Source of the DNA: a virus
Taxonomy: Duplodnaviria > Caudoviricetes
IMG/VR virus record: IMGVR_UViG_3300020036_009553
Location: 64,416 to 128,415 of that record
Length of the DNA stretch: 64,000 nucleotides
Direction: 5' to 3' (one strand)
Part shown: piece by piece, positions 17,771-27,003 of the stretch
How the letters are laid out: every line of letters starts with the position of its first letter
Numbering within the stretch: position 1 is the stretch's first letter
Position numbers and translations under genes: made by a program
Notes under the pieces: model-generated
Databases searched by the model: none
Seen by the model: only the letters and a program-made list of their open reading frames with translations
Told to the model about the DNA's origin: nothing

Positions 17771-18151
17771 ATGATCACAAAATCACCCCATGCTGGTACC
17801 ATTTCACAACACGTATTTTGCACACTCCAAGTGGAAGGCATCCACCAGTGGAGTGAATGTCCTCTTGAAGAAGTGGAATACCTACGCCACCCACATAGGC
17901 ATCTTTTCCACGTAAAAGCGATTTTGGAGGTTACACATTCAAATCGAGATGTTGAGTTCATTGTGTTGAAGCATGATATTGGAGCATATATTAATTTAAA
18001 ATATTTTGATTCTGGATGGAATCTTTGTAATTTTGGAAATATGTCATGCGAAATGATTGCAAAAGATTTATTGATTCAATTTGATTTAACCTCATGTGAG
18101 GTTAGCGAAGATGGTGAAAATGGCGCCATCGTATCGTACCGTCGGCTGTAA
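17771..18151 (+). CDS. QueD / 6-pyruvoyl-tetrahydropterin synthase-like T-fold protein
   Basis: EGIHQW, HPHRHLFH, RDVEF, SCEMIA, VSEDGENGA. Confidence 0.7.
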   Translation: MITKSPHAGTISQHVFCTLQVEGIHQWSECPLEEVEYLRHPHRHLFHVKAILEVTHSNRDVEFIVLKHDIGAYINLKYFDSGWNLCNFGNMSCEMIAKDLLIQFDLTSCEVSEDGENGAIVSYRRL

Positions 18152-18639
18152 TGATAACATATATCACCCAGGATGTTTGTGATGTCCGCGATGGAATTAT
18201 TGTCCATGGGTGTAATTCACGCGGCGTAATGGGGGCAGGAATCGCTCGGGCTATCAAAGTAAAATGGCCAAAGGCGTTTGAATCTTACAAAAAGCATTTG
18301 CTTCATTGTTCCCAACATAGAATCCCTGCGTTAGGAACTTGGGCGTTGGTAAAGGTGGATGAAACGTTGTTGGGTGATGTGTATGTAGCAAATGTTATCT
18401 CTCAATTAAATTATGGTAGGCAGCCAGGGTATGCATATGCTAGTGTTACGGCAATTGAACAAGCCCTTGCGTCTCTTTTTCGGCACATTAACCTAAATTT
18501 TTTTGGGGTTCCAATCTACATGTCAATGATTGGCTGTAATCTCGGGGGATTAGATTGGGACCATGATGTAAGACCTATAGTTGAATCATTAGATTCTATA
18601 TATTCATCATCACTAACAATATATGTGTGCTCATTATGA
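18151..18639 (+). CDS. macro domain (ADP-ribose processing) protein
   Basis: IVHGCNSRGVMGAGIARAIK..WP; IGCNLGGLDW. Confidence 0.9.
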   Translation: MITYITQDVCDVRDGIIVHGCNSRGVMGAGIARAIKVKWPKAFESYKKHLLHCSQHRIPALGTWALVKVDETLLGDVYVANVISQLNYGRQPGYAYASVTAIEQALASLFRHINLNFFGVPIYMSMIGCNLGGLDWDHDVRPIVESLDSIYSSSLTIYVCSL

Positions 18640-19262
18640 AAAAATATACTGCTATTCAAGTTCGTACAGAACGCGATGAAATTTTGGCGCATTTGTTGAG
18701 GCTATCAAAAGCTGATCGTTATTTGCGGTTTTGTCACACCGCTAGTGACGAAGCGGTAATGAAGTATGTCGATAATATTGATTTGCGTTCTTCTACTGAG
18801 GCGGTATTTGCCGTGTTTGGGAATAATCAACGCATTGTAGCAATGTGTCATATTGCCCCTTGCACAGATATTCCCAATGCTGCTGAAATAGCACTAAGTG
18901 TGGATGAAAAATTCCGCCAACGTGGGGTGGGCCGTGTGGTATTTAAACGTGGAATGTTGTATTGTGAATCTTTGGGAATAAAGAACATCCACATGAATTG
19001 CTTAGCGAGTAATTTACCGATTCAGCGATTGGTACGTGGGTTTGGAGTAAGAATTGTAACTGAATATGGTGAATCAGAAGCTAATATGAAACTAAAAGAC
19101 AAAAATGCAATAGTGGCATTTTTGGAAGGTGTTCAAAACGACACAATTGGTCAAATAGATTTGACGTTACGGCATGCTACACATCAATGGGTAGAACATA
19201 TTAATAAAATTACGTCTATAATTACACGCCACGCACCTAAAGAACAAAAGAAAGGAAAATAA
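18636..19262 (+). CDS. GNAT acetyltransferase
   Basis: LS..DRYLRF, AEIALSV...FRQRGVG, N.PIQRL. Confidence 0.85.
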   Translation: MKKYTAIQVRTERDEILAHLLRLSKADRYLRFCHTASDEAVMKYVDNIDLRSSTEAVFAVFGNNQRIVAMCHIAPCTDIPNAAEIALSVDEKFRQRGVGRVVFKRGMLYCESLGIKNIHMNCLASNLPIQRLVRGFGVRIVTEYGESEANMKLKDKNAIVAFLEGVQNDTIGQIDLTLRHATHQWVEHINKITSIITRHAPKEQKKGK

Positions 19263-19894
19263 TGTTAATCGCTATTAGCGGATCCCAAGGATCAGGCAAA
19301 TCAACAATTATTGAAACCCTAATTAAAAATAATCCTACTTATCATTGTGTTGATAGGAAAACATCGCGTTCAATATTGTCTGATTGGGGAGTGTCTTTAG
19401 CAGAAGTCAATGCTGACCCAGCCCTGACTTTGAGGTTTCAGGAAGAGATTTTGGAGCGCAAAGTGGCAGATGATCGTAATGCGGTATTATCAAATGGAAT
19501 TTGGTTTACTGAAAGAACTCCAATTGATTTGTTGGGGTACGCAACTGTTCAGCTCGGTGCCGATAATCAATATTCTACTTGGTTGGATGATTACGCCACT
19601 CGGTGTTTATCTGTTGTAAATAACTTATCCCTTTATGATCATATCTTTTTCCTGACGGCAGGACATTTCTCGGTATCATCAGATGGGGTACGAGGACACA
19701 ATCAATATTACAGTACATTGGTGGATGCTGCCATGGCAAAATTTCATACCAAATATGTGCAATCACACTTGATTACTGTGATTGATAGTCCTGATATGGA
19801 CGAACGACTCAATCAAATCAATAATAAAATACTAAAACTCACCACGCGTCAATTTCATAAGAATGACTGGAACATTGACGGTAAAACAACATAG
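19262..19894 (+). CDS. P-loop nucleotide kinase-like protein (AAA_28/NadR type)
   Basis: GSQGSGKST Walker A, ERTPID, DGVR. Confidence 0.75.
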   Translation: MLIAISGSQGSGKSTIIETLIKNNPTYHCVDRKTSRSILSDWGVSLAEVNADPALTLRFQEEILERKVADDRNAVLSNGIWFTERTPIDLLGYATVQLGADNQYSTWLDDYATRCLSVVNNLSLYDHIFFLTAGHFSVSSDGVRGHNQYYSTLVDAAMAKFHTKYVQSHLITVIDSPDMDERLNQINNKILKLTTRQFHKNDWNIDGKTT

Positions 19895-19902
19895 GAAAAA
19901 TA

Positions 19903-20832
19903 ATGACAGATACTACAGCACAAAAAACAGAAACAAAACCATTTGATTGGGAGTTAGCAATCACAAAAGATGATATTCCTGATCCACAGAATTATCATTT
20001 GAATACCCATGCAAAAATCACAATTCCAAAAGTAGGGATTACCAAACTCCATCTTCCTATAAATGTTGCTAGACGTGATGGTGAAACGATCACCGTCAAA
20101 GGTACTGCGAGTGCATACGTGTCGTTGGATAGTGTAGAATCTCGTGGTATTAACATGTCAAGATTGGCTAAGGGATTCTACGAGCACGTAGATGGTGCGG
20201 GCCGAACGGTGTTGCTTGATTTTATTAAAGTCGTTCAAGGGTACAAGGAGAGTCTTCCAGCCAAAGATGGATATTTGAAAGTTCGTTTTGATTATCCATA
20301 TCAACAAAAACATTGGAGAGAAGATCATTTTGGTTGGTTGTATTATCCAACAACATTTGAAGTTTGTGATGTTGGTGGCTTACTCAAAACATATTTGACT
20401 GTTGTGTATACTTACAATAGTGCCTGTCCGTGTTCTTATGAACTTGCGAGATATTCAAGAGAGCAACTCAATACTCCAGCAATTTCACATTCTCAACGAA
20501 GTGAAGCAACCGTTCGTATCGAATTTGACCCCCACGCAAAAGACCTTCTTTGGATTGAAGACGTGATTGATATTTGTCGTAAAGTTCAACCAGCAGAAGT
20601 GCTGTCTGGAATTGTTACACGTGTTGGTGAATTTAGTATGGCGCAACAAGTGGCGAGTGAGGAAAATATTGGGTTTGTTGAGGATGTTCTTCGAAAGTTC
20701 TGGATGTCATTGAACAATGAACCACGTATCTTAGACTTCTCTGTTGGGGTATGTCATTATGAGTCACTAAACGATAATTATGCTGCTGGGTTCATCAATA
20801 AGTCGTTAATGTCCAATACCGGGCTGAGTTAA
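19903..20832 (+). CDS. folE2: GTP cyclohydrolase I type B
   Basis: I.KVGI, RGINMSRL, SACPCSYEL, HSQRS, FVED, HYESL. Confidence 0.9.
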   Translation: MTDTTAQKTETKPFDWELAITKDDIPDPQNYHLNTHAKITIPKVGITKLHLPINVARRDGETITVKGTASAYVSLDSVESRGINMSRLAKGFYEHVDGAGRTVLLDFIKVVQGYKESLPAKDGYLKVRFDYPYQQKHWREDHFGWLYYPTTFEVCDVGGLLKTYLTVVYTYNSACPCSYELARYSREQLNTPAISHSQRSEATVRIEFDPHAKDLLWIEDVIDICRKVQPAEVLSGIVTRVGEFSMAQQVASEENIGFVEDVLRKFWMSLNNEPRILDFSVGVCHYESLNDNYAAGFINKSLMSNTGLS

Positions 20833-20860
20833 TAGTCGGTAGTTTTTCAATTTTGAACTT

Positions 20861-20893
20861 ATTAAAAACCGTCTTTTTATGACGGTTTTTAAT
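20861..20893 (+). terminator. intrinsic terminator after folE2
   Basis: attaaaaaccgtc / gacggtttttaat stem. Confidence 0.75.
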
Positions 20894-20946
20894 TTGGGTA
20901 CAAAGTTTTATGTTGAGAATTTTTACATGTGTAAAGAAATTGCTGG

Positions 20947-20954
20947 CATAAATA
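20947..20954 (+). promoter_or_regulatory. T4-like late promoter candidate
   Basis: CATAAATA 25 nt before ATG 20980. Confidence 0.5.
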
Positions 20955-20979
20955 TAGATTATTACTAAGGAACACAGGT

Positions 20980-21546
20980 ATGAAACTCTTACAAGAAGCA
21001 CTTCGGGACGTTAAACGGTTGGATGATGAAGATATTGATTTGCCAAATGATAAGTCGGGTGATGAAGATTCGAACGATATGGACATTGATCTCGACGCCG
21101 AAATAAACGATTCCGACGGGGGAAATCTGGATTTAGAAGATGATTTTGATATGAGTGAATTAGAAGATGATCCACAAGATGGTGAACCAGATTTTGATGA
21201 TCAATTAGATAATCCTGATGAAGAATCGGACGAAGACCCAGAAGATGCAAAAGAACTAGATGATGTTGCTGATGAAGCAACGCAAGACCCCAATAAAGCA
21301 GGAGTAATTCGTACTGTACCAAATGCCCATCTGGTATATAAGCGCGAAAGTGAAGAGGGTGGATACGAAGAACTGTGGGTGTACAATGTAGGAGATTATA
21401 AATCCAATTTAGATACTAAAAAAGAAATATTGTCCGGCACTGATATCCCCGTCAACAAGACCTCATCAGATGATGGGAAGCAAACATACACAATGTGGTC
21501 AGCAGGGAATGCTGAAATGATACACATTAAAGGATTAGTAAATTAG
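20980..21546 (+). CDS. hypothetical protein with a long acidic N-terminal region
   Basis: AAGGA RBS; MKLLQE start, D/E-rich. Confidence 0.8.
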   Translation: MKLLQEALRDVKRLDDEDIDLPNDKSGDEDSNDMDIDLDAEINDSDGGNLDLEDDFDMSELEDDPQDGEPDFDDQLDNPDEESDEDPEDAKELDDVADEATQDPNKAGVIRTVPNAHLVYKRESEEGGYEELWVYNVGDYKSNLDTKKEILSGTDIPVNKTSSDDGKQTYTMWSAGNAEMIHIKGLVN

Positions 21547-21569
21547 TCGTACATATAAACATAATAAAA

Positions 21570-21920
21570 ATGGAGAATTTCATGGTAGAAGAAATAGTAT
21601 TAGAATCCCCCAATGATATTTCGCAGCAACTGGAAACTCGTGTTGAATGGTTAACAAAATATGTAAACTCTATAACCACACTTCTCAATGAAATGATCGT
21701 TGATGCAACAAAATTGTTCGATAAAATATCGACAGCCAAAACATCCACAAAACGAAAGTATTACCAAAATAAGTTTAATGTGAAAAAACAAGCTATAGTG
21801 GATGGAACAATAGGGTTGCAACAAGCCTCTACCACGTTACAGAAAGCCCGCGCAGCACTAGAGCAAATTCTAAAAGAAGAGAGTACGGGCGATGCAGCCA
21901 TTCCTTCAATCGAGTCGTAA
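21570..21920 (+). CDS. hypothetical coiled-coil protein
   Basis: ORF. Confidence 0.65.
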   Translation: MENFMVEEIVLESPNDISQQLETRVEWLTKYVNSITTLLNEMIVDATKLFDKISTAKTSTKRKYYQNKFNVKKQAIVDGTIGLQQASTTLQKARAALEQILKEESTGDAAIPSIES

Positions 21921-22245
21921 TCTTCCTAAGTGTGCTACTCCACTACTTTTTCCTGCGGAAGAATTGGTCGTTCAAGTAGTAACAGCAAAAAGTGAATATG
22001 AATTGCAGTGCGCGGATAGGTTGAGAGGGAATACTTCTCCATTACCTTGTATTCGCGAGAGTGTAACGATATCAGCTGATGGACACATTACCGTGATCAT
22101 TGATACAAATAAAATTGATGATAGTAGCACGGGTCAAGTAATTTCAATGGTATCTAAAGCTGTTGATGAACTAGATGGAGATATTGGTACAGTATATTTT
22201 GGGGAATCGTTGTTTGCAACTACTCCATGGATTACGTATCATTAA
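21892..22245 (+). CDS. hypothetical protein
   Basis: ORF converging on 22242. Confidence 0.6.
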   Translation: MQPFLQSSRNLPKCATPLLFPAEELVVQVVTAKSEYELQCADRLRGNTSPLPCIRESVTISADGHITVIIDTNKIDDSSTGQVISMVSKAVDELDGDIGTVYFGESLFATTPWITYH

Positions 22246-23069
22246 TTGACATCTTTAGGCGTTATCTGCTGTAATTGTTGTTGGAGTCGAGTAACAATTT
22301 CATACACATTTGGGGTAATTCGTTGGTTGGTCTGCCCCAAGTATGGTGATGAAAAGGCTTCTACTATTTGTTTAATTACGGGGGAACGAAGGCTATCATT
22401 CCAAAACATTGCAATAATATCAAACTTATCTTTCAGCCATCTTTCCTTGAATGATGATATTCCATTTGGATCCACACCATAAGTTATTACATTTTGAGGA
22501 ACATCTTGAGATCGAATGATAAAATATACTTGGCTGTTTTGTATTGCTTCCCGCTGAGCTTCCAACGCAGGAACTGGTTTACTTCCTAACCAATGATTCC
22601 AACTTCTCCAATTATCATAAACTAAATCAGGCCGTGCTGGGATATCATCGGGCTTATCCCCTGATGGGCTTTTGCAAAACTCCATCCACTCACGGTATGA
22701 TCTTAGTTTTAATTTATGTACCCATAGAATTGAATCATTCAAAGAACGATATTTGACATTTTTCCTTGTGTTAAATTCATTGCTGGTACCAAGAAAATCG
22801 TTCCATGATTGCCATTCTTTGTATACACGATAAGGAAATCGTGGAATTGCCTTGGGTTTATTTCTATCCCACCATTCCTCAAACTTGCTACGAGATGGGA
22901 TCATCTCCTCCCGTATAAAATCTCTTGCATCATTAAACGATAAGAAATTTTCGTTTTTTGGACGGCCTTTTTTCTTTATTTCTGGCTCTGCTTCAACTTC
23001 GTCCCCCCGGGCTTTCCCAACGGGTTCATATGAATCGTCAATATCAGACAATCGTGGCAAATCGGTCAT
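22242..23069 (-). CDS. protein with two phage-integrase-repeat-like units (putative DNA binding)
   Basis: two F..AR....I.S..EW....P..IP..P..VY..W.SW..(F/W)LG units; no recombinase catalytic domain. Confidence 0.65.
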   Translation of the reverse strand: MTDLPRLSDIDDSYEPVGKARGDEVEAEPEIKKKGRPKNENFLSFNDARDFIREEMIPSRSKFEEWWDRNKPKAIPRFPYRVYKEWQSWNDFLGTSNEFNTRKNVKYRSLNDSILWVHKLKLRSYREWMEFCKSPSGDKPDDIPARPDLVYDNWRSWNHWLGSKPVPALEAQREAIQNSQVYFIIRSQDVPQNVITYGVDPNGISSFKERWLKDKFDIIAMFWNDSLRSPVIKQIVEAFSSPYLGQTNQRITPNVYEIVTRLQQQLQQITPKDVN

Positions 23070-23649
23070 TTACACAATTCCAATCTATTAAGTTCCATAC
23101 TGCTTCAAGATAAGCTCTTTTTTCAGCAGGATATTGTAAGTAATAAGCATGTTCCCATCCATCAATAACTATAAGTGGCGTAAACCCAGCATTAGACAGG
23201 TGAGACCCAGCATTTGGGATATTTTTTAGGCGTAGTTGATTCCCACGTATCAATAACTGTGACCAATGTGATCCAACAGCTTTCATGGCATTATCAATAA
23301 ACGATTGACGTAGCCCTGCAATTGAGTCAAACTCAATTGTAATTAATTTTTGTAGTGCACGACACGGTTCTCCACAATTATCAGGTGGGCATAGCCCTCC
23401 CCAATACAGTTGGTGATTTCCCGCTTGGTTTAGATTATCCAAAAGAGTCATACTCGGAGCAAAGGTGGTGTTATTAATAGCTGTTAGGGGGTCTGCACCA
23501 ACGGTTATTCCGAATTTATCTAATTCTTCGTTAGCTAAATCAAAATATCGAACCGTATGTTTATAATAATGGATGTCTACTACTTGGCGTGACAGGTAGG
23601 GCTCGAGAGCAGATACATCATATTTTAGTGGGGGTAATACAAGTGCCAT
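23044..23649 (-). CDS. sod: Fe/Mn superoxide dismutase (start moved to ATG 23649)
   Basis: LPPLKY...ALEPY, IHYYKH, NHQLYW, DGWEHAYY: all four metal ligands present. Confidence 0.9.
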   Translation of the reverse strand: MALVLPPLKYDVSALEPYLSRQVVDIHYYKHTVRYFDLANEELDKFGITVGADPLTAINNTTFAPSMTLLDNLNQAGNHQLYWGGLCPPDNCGEPCRALQKLITIEFDSIAGLRQSFIDNAMKAVGSHWSQLLIRGNQLRLKNIPNAGSHLSNAGFTPLIVIDGWEHAYYLQYPAEKRAYLEAVWNLIDWNCVNDRFATIV

Positions 23650-23708
23650 GATTAAATATTCCTTTTTCAATATTTACAGAGGTTTAAAGATTGGAGACCA
23701 ATATGTTG

Positions 23709-23716
23709 TATAAATA
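23709..23716 (+). promoter_or_regulatory. T4-like late promoter
   Basis: TATAAATA 25 nt before ATG 23742. Confidence 0.6.
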
Positions 23717-23741
23717 ATAGTGCGCATTTTGGAGCAAGCAA

Positions 23742-24209
23742 ATGACAACAGAGAAACAATTGAAACCCGCAAAGAATCAACAAGATAAAAAACAAAGTGA
23801 AGTAATAATTGAACCTCATCCAGTTGGATATGATGGGTTTCCGTTTATCACATTAGTGCAATACCGTAAATCTCCAATGTTGGTTATTGTTGATAATATT
23901 GATGATTCTATAATGAGAACCTTTTTATTAGATTTGTGTGGTCCAGAAGGTGTTGATGAAGAAATGATAATATCAGTAGCGGAGCAGTGGTATAATGTAA
24001 ATCGGTCATTATTTCCAATATCAGTAGAATTTTCAAAACGTGGACTAACACATATAACATCAAAGATTTATAAGGCACTCAATGTTGAGTTTATCTCGAG
24101 AATTATTGGACCAGCTCCAAAATACCCCATGGTTAATGTTAAAAGTGTTAAGCGTCGTAGGAGAAAGGTCATATCTCCTAACATGGAACAACGGATATTA
24201 CATACGTAA
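23742..24209 (+). CDS. conserved phage hypothetical protein
   Basis: GGAG RBS; basic KRRRRK C-terminus. Confidence 0.75.
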   Translation: MTTEKQLKPAKNQQDKKQSEVIIEPHPVGYDGFPFITLVQYRKSPMLVIVDNIDDSIMRTFLLDLCGPEGVDEEMIISVAEQWYNVNRSLFPISVEFSKRGLTHITSKIYKALNVEFISRIIGPAPKYPMVNVKSVKRRRRKVISPNMEQRILHT

Positions 24210-24638
24210 TACTTGCTGTAACAGAGTTAAACTCTCGTTTCTTGCCCCACCCGTCGCGGTAGGTGGAGGTGGCGGAACATCCAAAGCGTCATCTTCTGGA
24301 TTTTCAAGACTCATATCATCCATTCCCATTGATGGATCTGTCGGTTGGGAGATTGGAGCAGCAGCCCCTCCAACCAAGGCTTGTCCTGCATCAGTTAATT
24401 GACCAGATTCATCAGCAATATCTTCTTCAACCGCCAAGTTTGTTCCAAGTTCTGTCAGATGTGCCTCATTTTCAGTAAATGTAATAATTCCAAGGTTAGC
24501 CAATAAGTTACGGGCTGTTTGTAGATTATGATTAGCTGCAATATCAGTTGCGGCCTTTTTAGGAGTAGGAGCAGCCACAATCTTTGCAATGACTTGTTTT
24601 TGAAAAGCTGATAGCGTGAGAGTTTGGAGTAATTTCAT
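24198..24638 (-). CDS. hypothetical protein (likely late)
   Basis: AAGGA RBS; TATAAATA at 24668-24675 (minus). Confidence 0.75.
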   Translation of the reverse strand: MKLLQTLTLSAFQKQVIAKIVAAPTPKKAATDIAANHNLQTARNLLANLGIITFTENEAHLTELGTNLAVEEDIADESGQLTDAGQALVGGAAAPISQPTDPSMGMDDMSLENPEDDALDVPPPPPTATGGARNESLTLLQQVLRM

Positions 24639-24670
24639 TATGGTATCCTTGGTGGTATCATTCGTATTAT

Positions 24671-25243
24671 TTATAGCTGGCCCATCTCTATTAGATGAAG
24701 TTGTAAAACGATTGTTAACGCATAACTAATTGCGTGACTTCGTTTGAAATAATAATTAGTTGATTTGGTGTATAATTCTTGCTGCCTAATTTTCATTTTA
24801 TCTGCTTCGTATGCATCGACTAAATGTTTTTTTGCTGGTCTCAATAAGGCTATAACGTCAGCTAGATCCTGTACAGACCTTGGTCGCAACCTTGCAAGTA
24901 GTGCCGAGTGTTTGCTTATTTGAAATAATTTTTTAACTACATTGTCATCTAATAACAAATCCCAATTTGGATTTTTGGCTATTAGATTTCGCATCTGTTG
25001 TTTGCTTGTGAATTTTTCTAAAAGTGTTAAATGGAGAAAATCAAATTTAAAATACCCTAATATTTCTGCTTCTTCATATGGGATAGCTGCTAAATTAGTT
25101 ATTTGATCAATGGGGATTTGTTGAAAGTATACTCCACAAGGATGTTTTTTGAGGGTATCATCTTGTATCATTGATGCCAAAACAGATTGAGGAAAAATCT
25201 GTTTTGGCTCAAATGAAGAAGTAACATCAATATCAATATCCAC
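24671..25243 (-). CDS. DNA polymerase III alpha-like fragment, catalytic part
   Basis: starts DIDID; KHPCGVYF, GYFKFDFL, ALLRP, F.RSHAISY DnaE motifs; TTGTCA-N17-TATAAT at 25300-25272. Confidence 0.8.
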   Translation of the reverse strand: MDIDIDVTSSFEPKQIFPQSVLASMIQDDTLKKHPCGVYFQQIPIDQITNLAAIPYEEAEILGYFKFDFLHLTLLEKFTSKQQMRNLIAKNPNWDLLLDDNVVKKLFQISKHSALLARLRPRSVQDLADVIALLRPAKKHLVDAYEADKMKIRQQELYTKSTNYYFKRSHAISYALTIVLQLHLIEMGQL

Positions 25244-25289
25244 AATAAACCTTTAATAAGGGAATATTGATATTATATACTATTTTATG

Positions 25290-26963
25290 TTATTTGACAA
25301 GTCTCAAAGTAGAAAAACTCATATTTCCAGCGGCATCCTTTGCTGTAAAAGTTACTACGTGAGTTCCGGCTGGGACACTTGATAGATACCACCGAAAACT
25401 TAATGTGCTTCCCGTCACGGTTTTTCGTACCACATTATCAATCGTCAATGTTTGAGTAATTCCAGTTGCGCCTGAATCGTCAGTGGCAGTACTGTACAAT
25501 GTGATTGCAGATTTGTTGGTAATGGGACTGTTATCAACAGGGGACACCACTGTAATTACAGGAGGAGTCTTGTCGTTAAAGATAGATACATTAATAGGTG
25601 CTGATTCGCCAACGTTGCCAGAAGTATCAATAGCGATAGCCTTGACAACTCCTGTCCCATTTGTGAGTGTTCTTGTATCAACAGAGAACACATATGGGGG
25701 AGACAGTAACGTTCCGTACATAGTGCCGTTGACTGCTAGATTCACACTTTCAACGCCCTTATCGTCTGTTGCAGTGACAGTTATATTGGTCATCCCTGTA
25801 ATTGTTCCTGATGTGGGTGTTATGGTTACAACAGGAGGAGTACGATCAGGAGTTGGAACATTTATTGAACTGGCTAGTTTTAATGCTGCTCCCACATTAA
25901 TGCGTCCATACCCATAATATATATCTTTACCAGGGGTTCCTAGATCTACAGCAGATGTTTGTATAATATTTTGGACTTCATCGGGTGTTAGCGCTGGGTT
26001 GACCGAAAATAACAACGCTGCTAATCCTGCTACTTGTGGACTAGAAAAAGACGTTTTTGACCAGGCACTGTACCCTCCCTCTCTATTTGTGGTTAGGATT
26101 CCTTGACCTGGTGCTGCTACTGATATGTGATTGCCATAGTTCGAATATGTTTGCCACACGTCGTTAGCATCGGTTGCTGCCACGACGATTGAATTGTTAG
26201 AGGTTGCTGCTACGTTCTGTAATAATCCATTGTTGCCAGCACACATAACAACGACCCCGCCCTTGCTTTTGAAATAGGCCGCTGCATCATTAACGATGGC
26301 ACTGCTTGCTACACTAGATACACTAATATTAGCAACCTTAGCTCCATTATCCGCAGCCCACCGAAGTCCTGCAGCCACCGTACTATAATAAGCATATCCA
26401 AGGTCATCTGTTACTCTGATTGGCATGATTCTTGCATTATACGCAACAGAAGCAATCCCTAATGCGTTATTTCCTACAGCTGCTGCCACCCCAGCGACGG
26501 CAGTCCCGTGCCGAGATACATCAGCGGTATTGTTTGTATTATTCCACACATTCCACCCTGGTACTAAATTATTAATTAAATCAGGGTGAGTAGCCAGGAC
26601 TCCACTGTCAAGAATTGCAATAATTACCCCAGTTCCTGTTGACGCGTCCCACCCTACTGGTGCGTTAATTTTTGATAAGTGATACTGGCTGGGAAAAGAT
26701 GGATCATTAGGTGTACCATCTAGAGGCACTCTTTTATCTACTTCAATGTGTTTAGTATTTGGATCTTTGGCGGCGTCCGACATAGCGTCGGCCACACTTT
26801 TTCCTTTTGGAACTACAATTTTTTTAATTTCCGGCGCTGCAGCATCAGACTTATTGGTAGATTGAATTAACAACACCGTTTCTTTTGTTGGGGGCGGCGT
26901 TGGCTGTCCCGCTGTTGCTGTTCCAATAGATAATGCAGCGAGTATTGGTATTAGAAATTTCAT
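25290..26963 (-). CDS. secreted subtilisin-family (S8) serine protease with two C-terminal Ig-like domains
   Basis: signal peptide; LDSG, HGTAVAG, AGN, TSFSSPQVAG catalytic motifs; DRTPP/DKTPP Big-type domains. Confidence 0.9.
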   Translation of the reverse strand: MKFLIPILAALSIGTATAGQPTPPPTKETVLLIQSTNKSDAAAPEIKKIVVPKGKSVADAMSDAAKDPNTKHIEVDKRVPLDGTPNDPSFPSQYHLSKINAPVGWDASTGTGVIIAILDSGVLATHPDLINNLVPGWNVWNNTNNTADVSRHGTAVAGVAAAVGNNALGIASVAYNARIMPIRVTDDLGYAYYSTVAAGLRWAADNGAKVANISVSSVASSAIVNDAAAYFKSKGGVVVMCAGNNGLLQNVAATSNNSIVVAATDANDVWQTYSNYGNHISVAAPGQGILTTNREGGYSAWSKTSFSSPQVAGLAALLFSVNPALTPDEVQNIIQTSAVDLGTPGKDIYYGYGRINVGAALKLASSINVPTPDRTPPVVTITPTSGTITGMTNITVTATDDKGVESVNLAVNGTMYGTLLSPPYVFSVDTRTLTNGTGVVKAIAIDTSGNVGESAPINVSIFNDKTPPVITVVSPVDNSPITNKSAITLYSTATDDSGATGITQTLTIDNVVRKTVTGSTLSFRWYLSSVPAGTHVVTFTAKDAAGNMSFSTLRLVK

Positions 26964-26988
26964 ATTTGTTTCTCCTATTATTATGGTT

Positions 26989-26996
26989 TATTTATA
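26989..26996 (-). promoter_or_regulatory. T4-like late promoter
   Basis: TATAAATA 25 nt before the protease ATG. Confidence 0.6.
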
Positions 26997-27003
26997 TGTT
27001 AAA

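Noticed and set aside
22242-23069. Integrase / temperate lifestyle
   Set aside because: Only the repeat units are present; no tyrosine or serine recombinase catalytic motifs.
24671-25243. dnaE pseudogene or trans-spliced DnaE
   Set aside because: Both fragments are clean ORFs, this one has its own promoter, and no intein or intron features flank the split.
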